From an uncultured Gammaproteobacteria bacterium (GTDB lineage: Bacteria; Patescibacteriota; Patescibacteriia; UBA9934): a stretch of DNA of 64,000 bases. The notes under the pieces are model-generated. The model saw only the letters and a list, made by a program, of their open reading frames with translations, made no database searches and was not told where the DNA came from. The DNA is taken from positions 250,620 through 314,619 of the forward strand of contig CAYFMS010000001.1 of assembly GCA_964344415.1 (NCBI GenBank). Reading direction: 5' to 3'. This document shows positions 28,748 to 39,457 of the stretch, piece by piece (position 1 is the stretch's first letter; the number at the start of each line of letters is the position of its first letter). Both the position numbers and the translations under genes were made by a program.

Positions 28748-30142
28748 ATGAAACGTATTTTTACGAAAGACACAATTAATAAAGTGGGCGAGACGGTGAA
28801 GGTGGCCGGATGGATTCATGCTCGGCGAGATATGGGGAAGGTTGCATTTTTTGATCTTCGCGATAAAGATGGGCTTATTCAAATTGTTGCTGTGCCGTCG
28901 GATCTTGGAGAAGAGGGTATGGAGATCGCACAGTCATTGCGTCCGGAATGGGTGGTTGAAATCGAGGGGGAAATTCAAGCTCGAAATGAACGATCGATTA
29001 ATGACAAGCTTGCGACAGGAACCGTTGAGCTTCTTGCGAAGAAAATTACCGTTCTCAATGAATCGAAGACACCTCCATTTGAGCTTGATAAGGATACGGC
29101 AGATATCAATGAAGCGGTGCGATTGAAGTATCGCTATCTTGATTTACGTACAGAGCGTTTGCAGAGAAATATGCGTATGCGCAGTGAGCTTGTTCGGCAT
29201 GTTCGTGAATATCTTTATGGGCATGAATTCACCGAGGTCGAAACACCGTATCTGACCAAGGCAACACCGGAAGGATCTCGAGATTTTATCGTTCCTGCTC
29301 GTTTACAGCCTGGAAAGTTTTTTGCACTCCCGCAATCTCCGCAGCAGTATAAGCAGCTATTGATGGTTGGTGGAATTGAGCGATATTTTCAGATAGCGCG
29401 GGCCTTTCGTGATGAGGATCCTCGTGCTGATCGTGGATTTGAGCATTCTCAGATTGATATAGAAATGAGTTTTGTTACGCAAGAAGATATTCTCAATTTG
29501 GTCGAGGGCATGATCATCGAAACGGCGGAGAAGCTTGGAAAGACTATTAAAGAAACGCCATTCCCGCGATTTACATATAAAGAAGCAATGGAAAAATTTG
29601 GTGCAGATAAATTTGACTTACGCACCGAGGAAGAGAAAGAGGCTGGCATGCTTGCTTATGCTTGGGTTGTAGATTTTCCGTTCTTTGAACGAACCGATGA
29701 CGGCAAGTGGACATTCTCACATAATCCATTTTCTGCCCCTACAGATGAATCAAAGGCGGATTTGTTGGCAGGTAAAAATATCGAAAATATCATCACGCAA
29801 CAGTATGATCTTGTTTGTAATGGATATGAAGCAGGCGGAGGAAGTATTCGTGCGCATGAACCGGAAGTTCTTCGGTCAGTTTACAAGGTGATGGGATATT
29901 CCGATGAGGAAATCGAGGAATCTGTTGGTCATATGATCGAGGCATTTGAATACGGCGCTCCTCCACATGGTGGAATTGCGCTTGGTGTTGAGAGGCAATT
30001 GATGACATTTACTGGGGAAGAAACACTTCGTGAAACGCAGGCTTTCCCAATGACGGGATCGGCGACAACATCGGTGATGGAAGCCCCAAGTGATTTGCCG
30101 GATGAGATAATACAGGAAATGCATATTAAGAAAGATATTTAG
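28748..30142 (+). CDS. aspS: Aspartyl-tRNA synthetase (class IIb, short form without GAD insertion)
   Basis: QSPQQYKQLLMVGG flipping-loop motif and motif 2 AFRDEDPRADRGFEHSQIDIEMSF as in AspRS. Confidence 0.85.
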   Translation: MKRIFTKDTINKVGETVKVAGWIHARRDMGKVAFFDLRDKDGLIQIVAVPSDLGEEGMEIAQSLRPEWVVEIEGEIQARNERSINDKLATGTVELLAKKITVLNESKTPPFELDKDTADINEAVRLKYRYLDLRTERLQRNMRMRSELVRHVREYLYGHEFTEVETPYLTKATPEGSRDFIVPARLQPGKFFALPQSPQQYKQLLMVGGIERYFQIARAFRDEDPRADRGFEHSQIDIEMSFVTQEDILNLVEGMIIETAEKLGKTIKETPFPRFTYKEAMEKFGADKFDLRTEEEKEAGMLAYAWVVDFPFFERTDDGKWTFSHNPFSAPTDESKADLLAGKNIENIITQQYDLVCNGYEAGGGSIRAHEPEVLRSVYKVMGYSDEEIEESVGHMIEAFEYGAPPHGGIALGVERQLMTFTGEETLRETQAFPMTGSATTSVMEAPSDLPDEIIQEMHIKKDI

Positions 30143-30168
30143 AAACAGATCCTCAGGACTGCCATAAG

Positions 30169-30200
30169 CCCACCATAGCATCAGCGACGGTGGGTTTTAT
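30169..30200 (+). terminator. Terminator after aspS
   Basis: CCCACC...GGTGGG + TTTTAT. Confidence 0.5.
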
Positions 30201-30218
30201 GTTAAAATACTAACTATT

Positions 30219-30926
30219 ATGACCTTCGAAGCTCGGCAAGGTGAATTTTCCGGACCACTTGGATTGCTTTTGGAATTGCTCGGAAAAAAGGAACTCGCGA
30301 TCAAAGATGTTAATCTTGCTAAGATTGCTGATGAATATTTGGCATATCTTGAGAAAACGGATGTTCCTTCTGAGGAGCTTGCTGATTTTCTTGTCATAGC
30401 TTCACAGCTTATTTATTTGAAAACGCGGGAGTTATTGCCATATCTTCGAACAAATGAAGAGGAGGAACAAATAGAGAATCTTGAAGAGCAGCTCAGACTT
30501 TATAAAGAGTTTGCTTTGGCTGCGGAGGGTATTTCGGCATACTTTGCTTCTGACACTTTTGCGTATACGAGACCTTTCAGAAAACAGCCTCTTAGTGAAA
30601 AGAAACAGAGGCTATTTTATATGCCGGGTAATGTGTCTGCTGGCAGTTTGCATGAATCATTTCAAGTACTTCTTAAAAAATTACAGCCATTCTTTTCATT
30701 GCAAGAAGCTTCGATTAAGCGCATCAAGTCTGTGAAGGAGCGAATTGTTGAGCTTCAAGATGCAATACAAACTCGCGCAAAGATGGGATTCAAGGATGTT
30801 ATAAAGGGAGCTCAGGGCAGGGGTGATGTTGTTGTGAGTTTCTTGGCGCTTCTTGAATTGATGCGCAGACAGGTCATTGTTGCAACGCAGTCATCTGGAA
30901 ATGATATTATGATTGAAAGAGTCTGA
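30219..30926 (+). CDS. scpA: Segregation and condensation protein A
   Basis: FSGPLGLLLELLGKKELAIKDVNLAKIADEYLAYL. Confidence 0.8.
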   Translation: MTFEARQGEFSGPLGLLLELLGKKELAIKDVNLAKIADEYLAYLEKTDVPSEELADFLVIASQLIYLKTRELLPYLRTNEEEEQIENLEEQLRLYKEFALAAEGISAYFASDTFAYTRPFRKQPLSEKKQRLFYMPGNVSAGSLHESFQVLLKKLQPFFSLQEASIKRIKSVKERIVELQDAIQTRAKMGFKDVIKGAQGRGDVVVSFLALLELMRRQVIVATQSSGNDIMIERV

Positions 30927-31473
30927 TGATATGAATGAAATATCCGTTAAAATTGAAGCACTTCTTTTTCTGCATGTACGGCCCATGTCATTTAAAAAAA
31001 TGGCAAAACTACTTGAGGTATCTGTTCAGGATGTAAAAAAGGGATTAGAAGATCTAGCTGAGTATAGGAATATTGAACAGTCGGGCATTCATCTTATTGT
31101 TGGTGAGGATGCGGCGGAGCTTGCAACAAATCCGAACCTTTCAGATGTGCTAGAGGGATCCACGAAAGAGGAGAAGGAGTCAGACTTAACACGTCCTCAG
31201 CTCGAAACGTTAACAATTATTGCGTATAGGGGGCCAATTACGAGGCCCGAAATTGAACAGATTCGAGGGGTCAATTGTTCCATCATCCTTCGGAATTTAT
31301 CGATCCGTGGTTTTATTATCGAAAAAGAAGACTCAGTCAAAATGCAGGCAACGTACACCGTTTCAACAGAATTATTGCGTGCACTTGGTGTAAGTCATGT
31401 GAAGGATTTGCCAGATTATGATGCATTGCATGGCCAAGAAAAAATAAATAAGCTTCTCGAGGCGATTGCATAG
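30913..31473 (+). CDS. scpB: Segregation and condensation protein B
   Basis: IEALLFLHVRPMSFKKMAKLL...LETLTIIAYRGPITRPEIEQIRGVN. Confidence 0.8.
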   Translation: MKESDDMNEISVKIEALLFLHVRPMSFKKMAKLLEVSVQDVKKGLEDLAEYRNIEQSGIHLIVGEDAAELATNPNLSDVLEGSTKEEKESDLTRPQLETLTIIAYRGPITRPEIEQIRGVNCSIILRNLSIRGFIIEKEDSVKMQATYTVSTELLRALGVSHVKDLPDYDALHGQEKINKLLEAIA

Positions 31474-31475
31474 CT

Positions 31476-32435
31476 ATGATTTCCAAGGCAATCGGACCAC
31501 TTTTACTTTCTGCCGCGGCATCAATCATATTGCCTTCAGATGGATTTGAAATTGAGAAACGTGTCGATCTTGTTGTAGATGATCAGATTTCATATGGAAT
31601 AACATCACATCACGGTCCTGTTATTGATGAAATTCTTCCTCGAGAAAATTCGCCAAAGAAAGTAGATACAAATAGCTTTGGCATTGTGACATCCGCAAAG
31701 AGCGTTATTGTTGTTGATGATGAAAGTGGAATGATGCTTTTTGGTAAGCGGCCTGATGATATGCGATCCATCGGTTCGGTTACAAAATTAATGACGGCGA
31801 TGGTATTTCTTGACCAGAATCCTGATTTGACGCAGACGGTCATGCTGCATGTTAAGGATGATCTTGTGATTGGAGGAAGGCAATATGTTGGATTCGAAGA
31901 GCCAATTAGATTAGAACAGGTTTTAAAGGCAAGCATCATCGGTTCTGATAATTCCGCTACAAAATCGCTTATGAGATTCTCTGGCCTTGATGACAATGCA
32001 TTTATCGAAGCGATGAATGAAAAAGCTGAAGAGCTTGGTATGGGATCCACTCGATTTACTGATCCAACCGGTATTGATCCATATAATATGTCATCAGCGC
32101 GTGATTTGGTGCAGCTTCTGAAGGCTTCAGAGGAATATGCCATGATTACGCAATATGCCATTGAATATGATTCGAGCATTGTTCACGCAGGTGGTAGGGA
32201 AGTGGCGATACGTAATACGAATGGATTATTGAATACATTTATTAACCAGTCTCCATATGAAGTCATTGTGGGTAAGACGGGCTATTTGCCGCAAGCTGGT
32301 TATGTACTGACATCTACGGTTGAACATGAAGGGAATCGTATTCATGCCATTGTTCTTGGTAGCGATTCAATCGATTCTAGAGTTAATGAAGTGAAGGCTC
32401 TTTCTGATTGGGCTTTTCGTGTTTTTGAATGGTAA
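31476..32435 (+). CDS. D-alanyl-D-alanine carboxypeptidase (peptidase S11 / PBP5-like)
   Basis: SIGSVTKLMT (SxxK), SGSDNSA (SxN), KTGY (KTG) active-site motifs. Confidence 0.75.
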   Translation: MISKAIGPLLLSAAASIILPSDGFEIEKRVDLVVDDQISYGITSHHGPVIDEILPRENSPKKVDTNSFGIVTSAKSVIVVDDESGMMLFGKRPDDMRSIGSVTKLMTAMVFLDQNPDLTQTVMLHVKDDLVIGGRQYVGFEEPIRLEQVLKASIIGSDNSATKSLMRFSGLDDNAFIEAMNEKAEELGMGSTRFTDPTGIDPYNMSSARDLVQLLKASEEYAMITQYAIEYDSSIVHAGGREVAIRNTNGLLNTFINQSPYEVIVGKTGYLPQAGYVLTSTVEHEGNRIHAIVLGSDSIDSRVNEVKALSDWAFRVFEW

Positions 32436-32929
32436 ATATGACAGATCAAATCATACAATTCGTAAGCCAATTTCCAAGGGAAGTAGCCGTTATTCTCTTG
32501 GCATCTTTTCCTGTTACTGAACTTAGACTTGCAATTCCGCTCGCAATGCATTCATGGCAATTTAGTCCTTATCAGGCTTTTCTTTTAGCAATTATCGGTA
32601 ATTTAATTCCTCTTGTCCCATTGTACTTTGGGCTTGATTTCTTGCGAGATCTTGGTGAGAAATATGCACCCTGGACAGTAAAGTGGATTGATAGAATTGT
32701 TGACCGATCACGAAATCGGGTGGAAGAAAAATACAATCGCTATGGCGCGATTGCACTCTTCCTTTTTACAGCATTACCCCTTCCAATGACGGGCTTGTAT
32801 ACAGCGACACTGGCGGCAACTGTACTGAAAATTCCTTTTAAATTTGCAGCACCAGCTATTATTTCCGGCGTATTCACGGCCGGCATTATTGTTACGATAT
32901 TGAGTTACTCTGCAGAGCTTTACTTTTAA
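32429..32929 (+). CDS. Small polytopic membrane protein (possible small-multidrug-export-like family)
   Basis: Four predicted TM helices, conserved-looking hydrophobic profile; family assignment tentative. Confidence 0.4.
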   Translation: MVNMTDQIIQFVSQFPREVAVILLASFPVTELRLAIPLAMHSWQFSPYQAFLLAIIGNLIPLVPLYFGLDFLRDLGEKYAPWTVKWIDRIVDRSRNRVEEKYNRYGAIALFLFTALPLPMTGLYTATLAATVLKIPFKFAAPAIISGVFTAGIIVTILSYSAELYF

Positions 32930-33390
32930 GCAAAACGCAGAATCATTGCGATTGCAATGGCCTGATATGTCAGTCCGTAGACTAGTTTCATATCACCGAA
33001 TCGGTCTAGAATGAGATTGTGAAAAAAGAAATGTAATTTATAGAACCAAGTGAGTAGTTTTGTTTTCGTCGCCTCATAAATAACAACAAGTAAATCTGGC
33101 AATATACTACCGGCGACTGATGCGGTTAAAATGGCTGTACTCGAATATTCTTTCAGGTTCAAAACGTAGAGGAAAAGATAGAATGCAATCAGATAATCGG
33201 CAATCCCGTAAATATAAGACAAACGCCTTTTTTTTCCTCCAGACTTATATCGCTCGAACATATTTGTGTCGCCATGTGGAATAATATCAACAAGAAAATG
33301 GAATCCAATTCCAAGTAGAAATCCGATTATTGGACTTCCAGCGTGGAGGCCGATAGCTGTTCCAACGGCTACATGTGTAGTCACTGTCAT
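32926..33390 (-). CDS. Membrane-bound metal-dependent hydrolase-like protein (YdjM/DUF457-like)
   Basis: MTVTTHVAVGTAIGL...HFLVDIIPHGD His-rich TM pattern. Confidence 0.4.
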   Translation of the reverse strand: MTVTTHVAVGTAIGLHAGSPIIGFLLGIGFHFLVDIIPHGDTNMFERYKSGGKKRRLSYIYGIADYLIAFYLFLYVLNLKEYSSTAILTASVAGSILPDLLVVIYEATKTKLLTWFYKLHFFFHNLILDRFGDMKLVYGLTYQAIAIAMILRFA

Positions 33391-33484
33391 ACGTCGGGAT
33401 TATAACAAACGTTCAATGTATTTAGTAGCATTTTTCCTGATTGACATTTTGGATCAAAATTGATAATATACGCTCACATTTTTA

Positions 33485-33571
33485 GCCGTGGTGGCGGAAT
33501 TGGTATACGCGACGGATTCAAAACCCGTTGCCTTAACAGGCTTGAGGGTTCGAGTCCCTCCCGCGGCACCA
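33485..33571 (+). tRNA. tRNA-Leu(CAA), type II with long variable arm, CCA encoded
   Basis: Acceptor GCCGTGG/CCGCGGC, 3-bp D stem, anticodon loop TTCAAAA, variable stem GCCT/AGGC, T arm GAGGG-TTCGAGT-CCCTC. Confidence 0.8.
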
Positions 33572-33711
33572 GATAATATGAATGTTATTGTGCCGAGAAG
33601 AAAACCACCTGTGTGGTTTTCGCGGGACGAGAACGGCCGGAGTCATATGCAAACAGCAGTGAGCATGACGAGGCCCGGACCTGAACCCGAGGCTCTGCAG
33701 AGCCGAGAGGT

Positions 33712-33743
33712 GAGGGCGAGTCCCTCCCGCGGCACCAGATAAT
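33712..33743 (+). repeat. Duplicated 3' portion of tRNA-Leu (T-arm 3' half + acceptor + CCA + 6 nt) abutting tRNA-Met; att-like scar
   Basis: GAGGG(-TT)CGAGTCCCTCCCGCGGCACCAGATAAT repeats 33545..33577 with a 2-nt deletion. Confidence 0.6.
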
Positions 33744-33745
33744 TT

Positions 33746-33822
33746 GGCTGGGTAGCTCAGTTGGTTAGAGCGAAGGACTCATAAGCCTTAGGTCGTGGGT
33801 TCAATTCCCACCCCAGCTACCA
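33746..33822 (+). tRNA. tRNA-Met(CAT), elongator-like
   Basis: GGCTGGG-TA-GCTCAGTTGGTTAGAGC...CTCATAA...GTGGGTTCAATTCCCAC-CCCAGCT-A-CCA; close to E. coli elongator tRNA-Met. Confidence 0.85.
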
Positions 33823-33888
33823 TAAAAAAGATCATATTACATGGTCTTTTTTATTTTTTGATGGAGTTGTCTGTGATACCATCATCGT

Positions 33889-35526
33889 ATGAAATCGATT
33901 ATTTCTTTTGTTCGCGGAATAAAAATTAATTCAATATCGGATTGGATATTGGCATTTTTGGGAATTTTACTGGTTCGTTTTTTTCTGGAGAATATTTCCA
34001 GTGAAACAGCGACAGGGATTTTGGCATCAGATATGTCAACAAATGTGCATTATATTCTTTTCTACATAGCCGTTGCGGCAGTGTTTTTCATTTTGCTTTC
34101 AAAGCTTATTCCGCAGGAGAAGAGATTGATCCCAAAACTAATCTTATTTGGTTTCTTGGGTATTTGGATGGCCCCCATTTTCGATATGGTCATTTCGGGG
34201 GGATCAGGCTATCCCATGGCTTATATTTTTCAAGAACCAGCGGAACTTATTCGCAGTTTTTTCACATTTTTTGGACCAATGACGATGCCCGGTGCTACAC
34301 CTGGGGTGCGTCTTGAGATCATTATTCTTATGATCACGATCTTCTTGCTCATGATCACGCTGACCGATTCATTAAAAAAATCCTTCATCGCTAGCCTGGG
34401 GTTGTATGCGATTATTTTCTTTTTTGGATCACTGCCAAGCATTGTTTATTTTATTGCACACATTTCTGGTTCAAATCTGGCAGAGGGTCAAAGTATTCTA
34501 GAATGGTTTGTAGCAAGCGTTGATCATTCTATACTTGCAGATAATTTTTTACATCAATCAACGCATATTTCCAGTTCGGCAAGACATTTAGAAATCTATT
34601 TCAATGCGGGCATATCTCAAATATATTGGCTAATTCTTACCCCGATTCTGTTCATTATTGGAATAATTATTGATCGGGAACAGATGCTGGCGCTCATAAA
34701 AAATATACGACCAGAACGCGTTCTTCATTATTGGATGCTTATTGGTTTAGGATTAATCCTTGCGTACTTTTATTCACCCGGCTCGCTCAATTCACTAACA
34801 TTTTTTAATGTATCGTCCATTCTGATTCTCTTTTTATGCTTTGCACTTGCATGGCTACATGCAGTGAATATAAATGATTTACAAGATATTGAAGTTGATA
34901 AAAAAACAAATGCACATAGGCCGATAATTACTGGAACATTATCGTCAGAATTTTCAAAGAGTGTAAATATCGTTCTTGTGATATGGATATTAATTGGAGG
35001 TTATATTGTTTCGCATCATGCTCTATATATGCTCATCGCATTTCTTGCATTGTCATATGTGTATTCCTGCCCGCCACTTCAATTGAGGCGCATACCAATA
35101 CTCTCAACCTTTTTAATTGGCCTCGCATCACTTTCAGCTGCAATGGCAGGGTTTTTTACATTAAGTGCTCAGAAAACCATGAATGCATTTCCAGTTACAT
35201 GGTTAATATTCATTGTGATTGCATTCACGATTGCGGCAAATGTGAAAGATATAAAAGATGTGGAAGGTGATAATGCAGCGGGCTATAAAACTCTTCCCGT
35301 TATGCTTGGAAAAAAGAAGGCAAGTATGCTTATCGGATGCGGAATTGCATTGGTGATTATGTCTATTCCAATCATTGCATCACAGTCAATTATATGGATA
35401 AGCTCAATCATCTTTGCTCCCGCGGCCGTCTTTGTTGTGTCGAGAGAAAGGTTCAAGGATAGGCATATTTTCATTTTATATTTTGTGTATACATTTATAT
35501 CTCTTCTTTTACTTTTAGTCCTTTAA
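33889..35526 (+). CDS. UbiA-family prenyltransferase fused to N-terminal polytopic membrane domain
   Basis: NDLQDIEVDKKTNAHRP and KDIKDVEGDNAAGYKTLP Asp-rich motifs in C-terminal half. Confidence 0.7.
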   Translation: MKSIISFVRGIKINSISDWILAFLGILLVRFFLENISSETATGILASDMSTNVHYILFYIAVAAVFFILLSKLIPQEKRLIPKLILFGFLGIWMAPIFDMVISGGSGYPMAYIFQEPAELIRSFFTFFGPMTMPGATPGVRLEIIILMITIFLLMITLTDSLKKSFIASLGLYAIIFFFGSLPSIVYFIAHISGSNLAEGQSILEWFVASVDHSILADNFLHQSTHISSSARHLEIYFNAGISQIYWLILTPILFIIGIIIDREQMLALIKNIRPERVLHYWMLIGLGLILAYFYSPGSLNSLTFFNVSSILILFLCFALAWLHAVNINDLQDIEVDKKTNAHRPIITGTLSSEFSKSVNIVLVIWILIGGYIVSHHALYMLIAFLALSYVYSCPPLQLRRIPILSTFLIGLASLSAAMAGFFTLSAQKTMNAFPVTWLIFIVIAFTIAANVKDIKDVEGDNAAGYKTLPVMLGKKKASMLIGCGIALVIMSIPIIASQSIIWISSIIFAPAAVFVVSRERFKDRHIFILYFVYTFISLLLLLVL

Positions 35527-35527
35527 T

Positions 35528-35893
35528 ATGAAACAACTTATCTTTATTTACAATGCAGACAGCGGTTTACTCGCAGATGCAGCGGGTGCTTTTCGAAAGG
35601 CAACCACCGGTTCATCACTTTGTTCGCTATGTAATATCACGCATGGCGTCATTTCAGAAAAGAAATCGTGGGCAGAATTTGAGTCGCGTCTTTCTCCGGA
35701 TCCAATTTATTTTCATCGAAATGATATTCCTGAAGATGTAGCGGAATTTTTGAGAGAGGGTAATTTTAACCTCCCATGCATTTTGACGAGAGAGGGTGAT
35801 GTATTTGAACACATAATTGGTTCAAGTGATCTTGATGCATGCAAAGGGTCCGAAGAATGCCTCATTGATCTTGTAAAAAAGAACATAGCGTAA
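35528..35893 (+). CDS. Hypothetical protein
   Basis: 121-aa ORF tightly following previous gene; no family recognised. Confidence 0.4.
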   Translation: MKQLIFIYNADSGLLADAAGAFRKATTGSSLCSLCNITHGVISEKKSWAEFESRLSPDPIYFHRNDIPEDVAEFLREGNFNLPCILTREGDVFEHIIGSSDLDACKGSEECLIDLVKKNIA

Positions 35894-35896
35894 TCA

Positions 35897-35925
35897 TTGA
35901 CAAAAATGCCTTTATGAGCTATTCT
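35897..35925 (+). promoter_or_regulatory. Sigma70-like promoter for intron-containing tRNA gene (TTGACA-17-TATTCT)
   Basis: Consensus -35, 17-nt spacer, -10 ending 5 nt before tRNA 5' end. Confidence 0.45.
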
Positions 35926-35934
35926 CCTTCTGCG

Positions 35935-36599
<665 letters not shown>

Positions 36600-36722
36600 C
36601 ATAACCCGAAGGTCATTGGTTCAAATCCAATCCCCGCAACCAAAAACCTGTCTAGTTTTCTAGGCGGTTTTTTGTTTAACCAAGTGGGACGTCAGATCCC
36701 TTCAGATCCCTGTCGTGGTAAC

Positions 36723-37331
36723 ATGCTCTCAAATATGGATCTTAAACAGCAGACAATTGATACCTATGAACGAACAGCTGGAAAAATGGCTGAAAAATTT
36801 AATGCCATCGGTCCTCGAATAGAGGATATTGAGCGTGGGTTTTCTTTTATAGATAAACAAAATCCATCTGTACTGGAGATAGGCTGTGGTAATGGACGAG
36901 ACGCTAAAGTGATTCTGAAGCACACAAATCGGTATCTTGGAATTGATATTTCAGAATCCATGATAAAAATTGCAAGAAAAAGTGTACCAAATGGAGCATT
37001 TGAAGTATCTGATATAGAAGCGTTTACCCTGCCCAAAAATATAGACATCGTTTTCTCATTTGCTTCACTACTACACTCTGAAGCTAAAGACGTCCAAGAT
37101 ATTCTAATAAGTGTACATGAGGCTCTGAGTGAAAACGGAATATTCTATATCTCACTAAAATACGGAAATGGAATGACAACAACGACAGATCGGTTTGGAA
37201 CAAGAACATACTACTTCTACACACCTAAAGATATAGAAGGAATGGCGGCGCAAAAATATGAAGTACTTTGGTCTGATAGGCAAGAAGTCTTAAGTCAAGA
37301 TTGGTTCACAATTGTTCTCAAAAAGAGATAG
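36723..37331 (+). CDS. Class I SAM-dependent methyltransferase
   Basis: VLEIGCGNGRDAK motif I; start ATG 36723 preferred. Confidence 0.65.
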   Translation: MLSNMDLKQQTIDTYERTAGKMAEKFNAIGPRIEDIERGFSFIDKQNPSVLEIGCGNGRDAKVILKHTNRYLGIDISESMIKIARKSVPNGAFEVSDIEAFTLPKNIDIVFSFASLLHSEAKDVQDILISVHEALSENGIFYISLKYGNGMTTTTDRFGTRTYYFYTPKDIEGMAAQKYEVLWSDRQEVLSQDWFTIVLKKR

Positions 37332-37512
37332 TTGGACCTCAAGCACTCTCCGCTCCACCGTTCTGAACCCGTCCCGAGTATGGAGCTAAATAAAAATAAT
37401 CCAACTCGGGATTGTTGTTTATGTTCGGATATGAGAATACCGCTAGCGGTCCATTGTCAACGATTCACATAAACATTTGCTATAGATTCTAGGTATGGCA
37501 AACTAGATCTGT

Positions 37513-38655
37513 ATGAATACAAATGAGCGAGCGCTACAATTACATGAGGAGCATAAGGGAAAAATTGAAATTGCATCCAAAGTTGAGGTAAAAAATGCAG
37601 ATGATCTGAGCCTTGTGTACACACCGGGGGTAGCGGAAGCATCCCGAAAAATTGCAGAAAACACAGAAAATGTATGGAAATATACAGCTCGTGGTAATTG
37701 GGTTGCCGTTGTGAGTGACGGAACGGCAGTGCTCGGACTCGGTGATATTGGTCCGGAAGCTGCGCTTCCTGTTATGGAAGGGAAGGCGATTCTTTTTAAG
37801 CAATTTGGCGGCGTTGATGCTTTTCCGATTTGTGTGAACACAAAGGATACGGATGAAATTGTGGCGCTTGTAAAGCAAATTGCTCCAAGTTTTGGAGGTG
37901 TGAATTTAGAAGATATCGCCGCGCCAAAATGTTTTGAAATTGAAGCTCGCTTGAAGGAAGAACTAGATATCCCTGTTTTTCATGATGATCAGCATGGAAC
38001 GGCCATTGTGGTATATGGAGGTCTTTTAAATGCGGTCAAAGTTGTACAAAAAGATATTCGGACAGCACGTATTGTGATTAGTGGTTCAGGCGCTGCAGGT
38101 ATTGCTATTGCTAAATTATTATTAGCAGCGGGTGCGACATCAATCATTATGACTGATAGTCGTGGCATTTTGAGCTCTGATCGATCCGATTTGAATCCCG
38201 CAAAGCAGGCAATGCTTAAAACAACAAATCAAGAGAATATTTCTGGCTCGCTCGCTGACGCTATGAACAATTCAGATATTTTCATTGGTGTGAGTGCGCC
38301 GGGGATTGTTGATGAAGCGATGGTGAAATCAATGAATGAAAACGCTATTGTATTTGCGATGGCTAATCCAGTCCCGGAAATTATGCCTGATCTTGCAAAA
38401 AATGCTGGAGCTGCCATTGTGGCAACTGGACGAAGTGATTTTGCGAATCAGGTAAATAATGCCCTTGTATTCCCAGGCTTTTTCAAGGGTCTATTCGCAT
38501 CCGGATCCCGAGAGATAACGGAAAAAATGAAGCTCGCGGCGGGAGGGGCTTTGGCGGCATTGCTCGAAAACCCAGAACCAGAGAAAATCATCCCATCGAT
38601 TTACGATGATGGCGTGGCTGATGCGATTGCAAAAGCTGTTCAAGATGCCTCATAG
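37513..38655 (+). CDS. NAD(P)-dependent malic enzyme (short form)
   Basis: LSLVYTPGVAEASRKIAEN...VSDGTAVLGLGDIGPEAALPVMEGKAILFKQFGGVDAFPI. Confidence 0.85.
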   Translation: MNTNERALQLHEEHKGKIEIASKVEVKNADDLSLVYTPGVAEASRKIAENTENVWKYTARGNWVAVVSDGTAVLGLGDIGPEAALPVMEGKAILFKQFGGVDAFPICVNTKDTDEIVALVKQIAPSFGGVNLEDIAAPKCFEIEARLKEELDIPVFHDDQHGTAIVVYGGLLNAVKVVQKDIRTARIVISGSGAAGIAIAKLLLAAGATSIIMTDSRGILSSDRSDLNPAKQAMLKTTNQENISGSLADAMNNSDIFIGVSAPGIVDEAMVKSMNENAIVFAMANPVPEIMPDLAKNAGAAIVATGRSDFANQVNNALVFPGFFKGLFASGSREITEKMKLAAGGALAALLENPEPEKIIPSIYDDGVADAIAKAVQDAS

Positions 38656-38691
38656 AGCCATTCGATTGGAAATGGTATACTAGTGAGAGAT

Positions 38692-39456
38692 ATGGCTCAT
38701 ATTGTTTCGGTTGTGAATCAGAAAGGAGGAGTTGGCAAGTCGACGACAGCCGTGAATTTGGCTGCTTTTTTGGCTGATCATGGAAAATATGTCCTGCTTG
38801 TCGATCTTGATCCACAGGGGAATGCTACAAGCGGTCTTGGTCATGCACCCGATGGCATAGAGGGGACATATGAAGCTATGGCGGGCATGAAGCATCCGAA
38901 GGACATCATGCTTCCAACCTCGCATGATGGATTATATGTTTTAGGCGCGAATCAGAATTTGGCTGGAGCATCCGTTGAGCTTGTGAATGAATTCAATCGC
39001 GAGCGCAAATTGCATGAAGCACTTCTGCCGATTCGGAATGATTTTGATTATATTATTATCGACAATCCGCCTTCGCTTGGACTGCTTGCAATTAATGGGA
39101 TGGTTGCTGCAGACAGTGTTCTCATTCCCGTTCAGGCCGAGTATTTTGCGCTTGAAGGACTTGGACAGCTTATGAAAACGATTGGTATGATAAAACAATC
39201 GGTTAAGCCCGAACTCGAGATCATGGGAGCCGTTATTACGATGTTTGATCCTCGTACGAAGCTCTCGAAGCAGGTTCTTGAAGAATTGTATCGGCATTTT
39301 CCTGGCAAGATTTTCCGAAGTGTTATTCCGCGTAGTGTTCGATTAGCTGAGGCACCGAGTTTTGGAAAATCTATTTTGCATTATGATCCATCCTCTAAAG
39401 CTAGCGAGGCATATGGCCGGCTGGCTAAAGAGTTTTTAATGAGAGAAACTACATAA
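38692..39456 (+). CDS. parA: Chromosome partitioning ATPase ParA/Soj
   Basis: MAHIVSVVNQKGGVGKSTTAVNLAAFLA (deviant Walker A). Confidence 0.9.
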   Translation: MAHIVSVVNQKGGVGKSTTAVNLAAFLADHGKYVLLVDLDPQGNATSGLGHAPDGIEGTYEAMAGMKHPKDIMLPTSHDGLYVLGANQNLAGASVELVNEFNRERKLHEALLPIRNDFDYIIIDNPPSLGLLAINGMVAADSVLIPVQAEYFALEGLGQLMKTIGMIKQSVKPELEIMGAVITMFDPRTKLSKQVLEELYRHFPGKIFRSVIPRSVRLAEAPSFGKSILHYDPSSKASEAYGRLAKEFLMRETT

Positions 39457-39457
39457 T

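Noticed and set aside
33488-33742. 84-aa ORF spanning tRNA-Leu and the duplicated tRNA fragment
   Set aside because: It overlaps a confidently folded tRNA and its att-like duplicate. It is a spurious frame.
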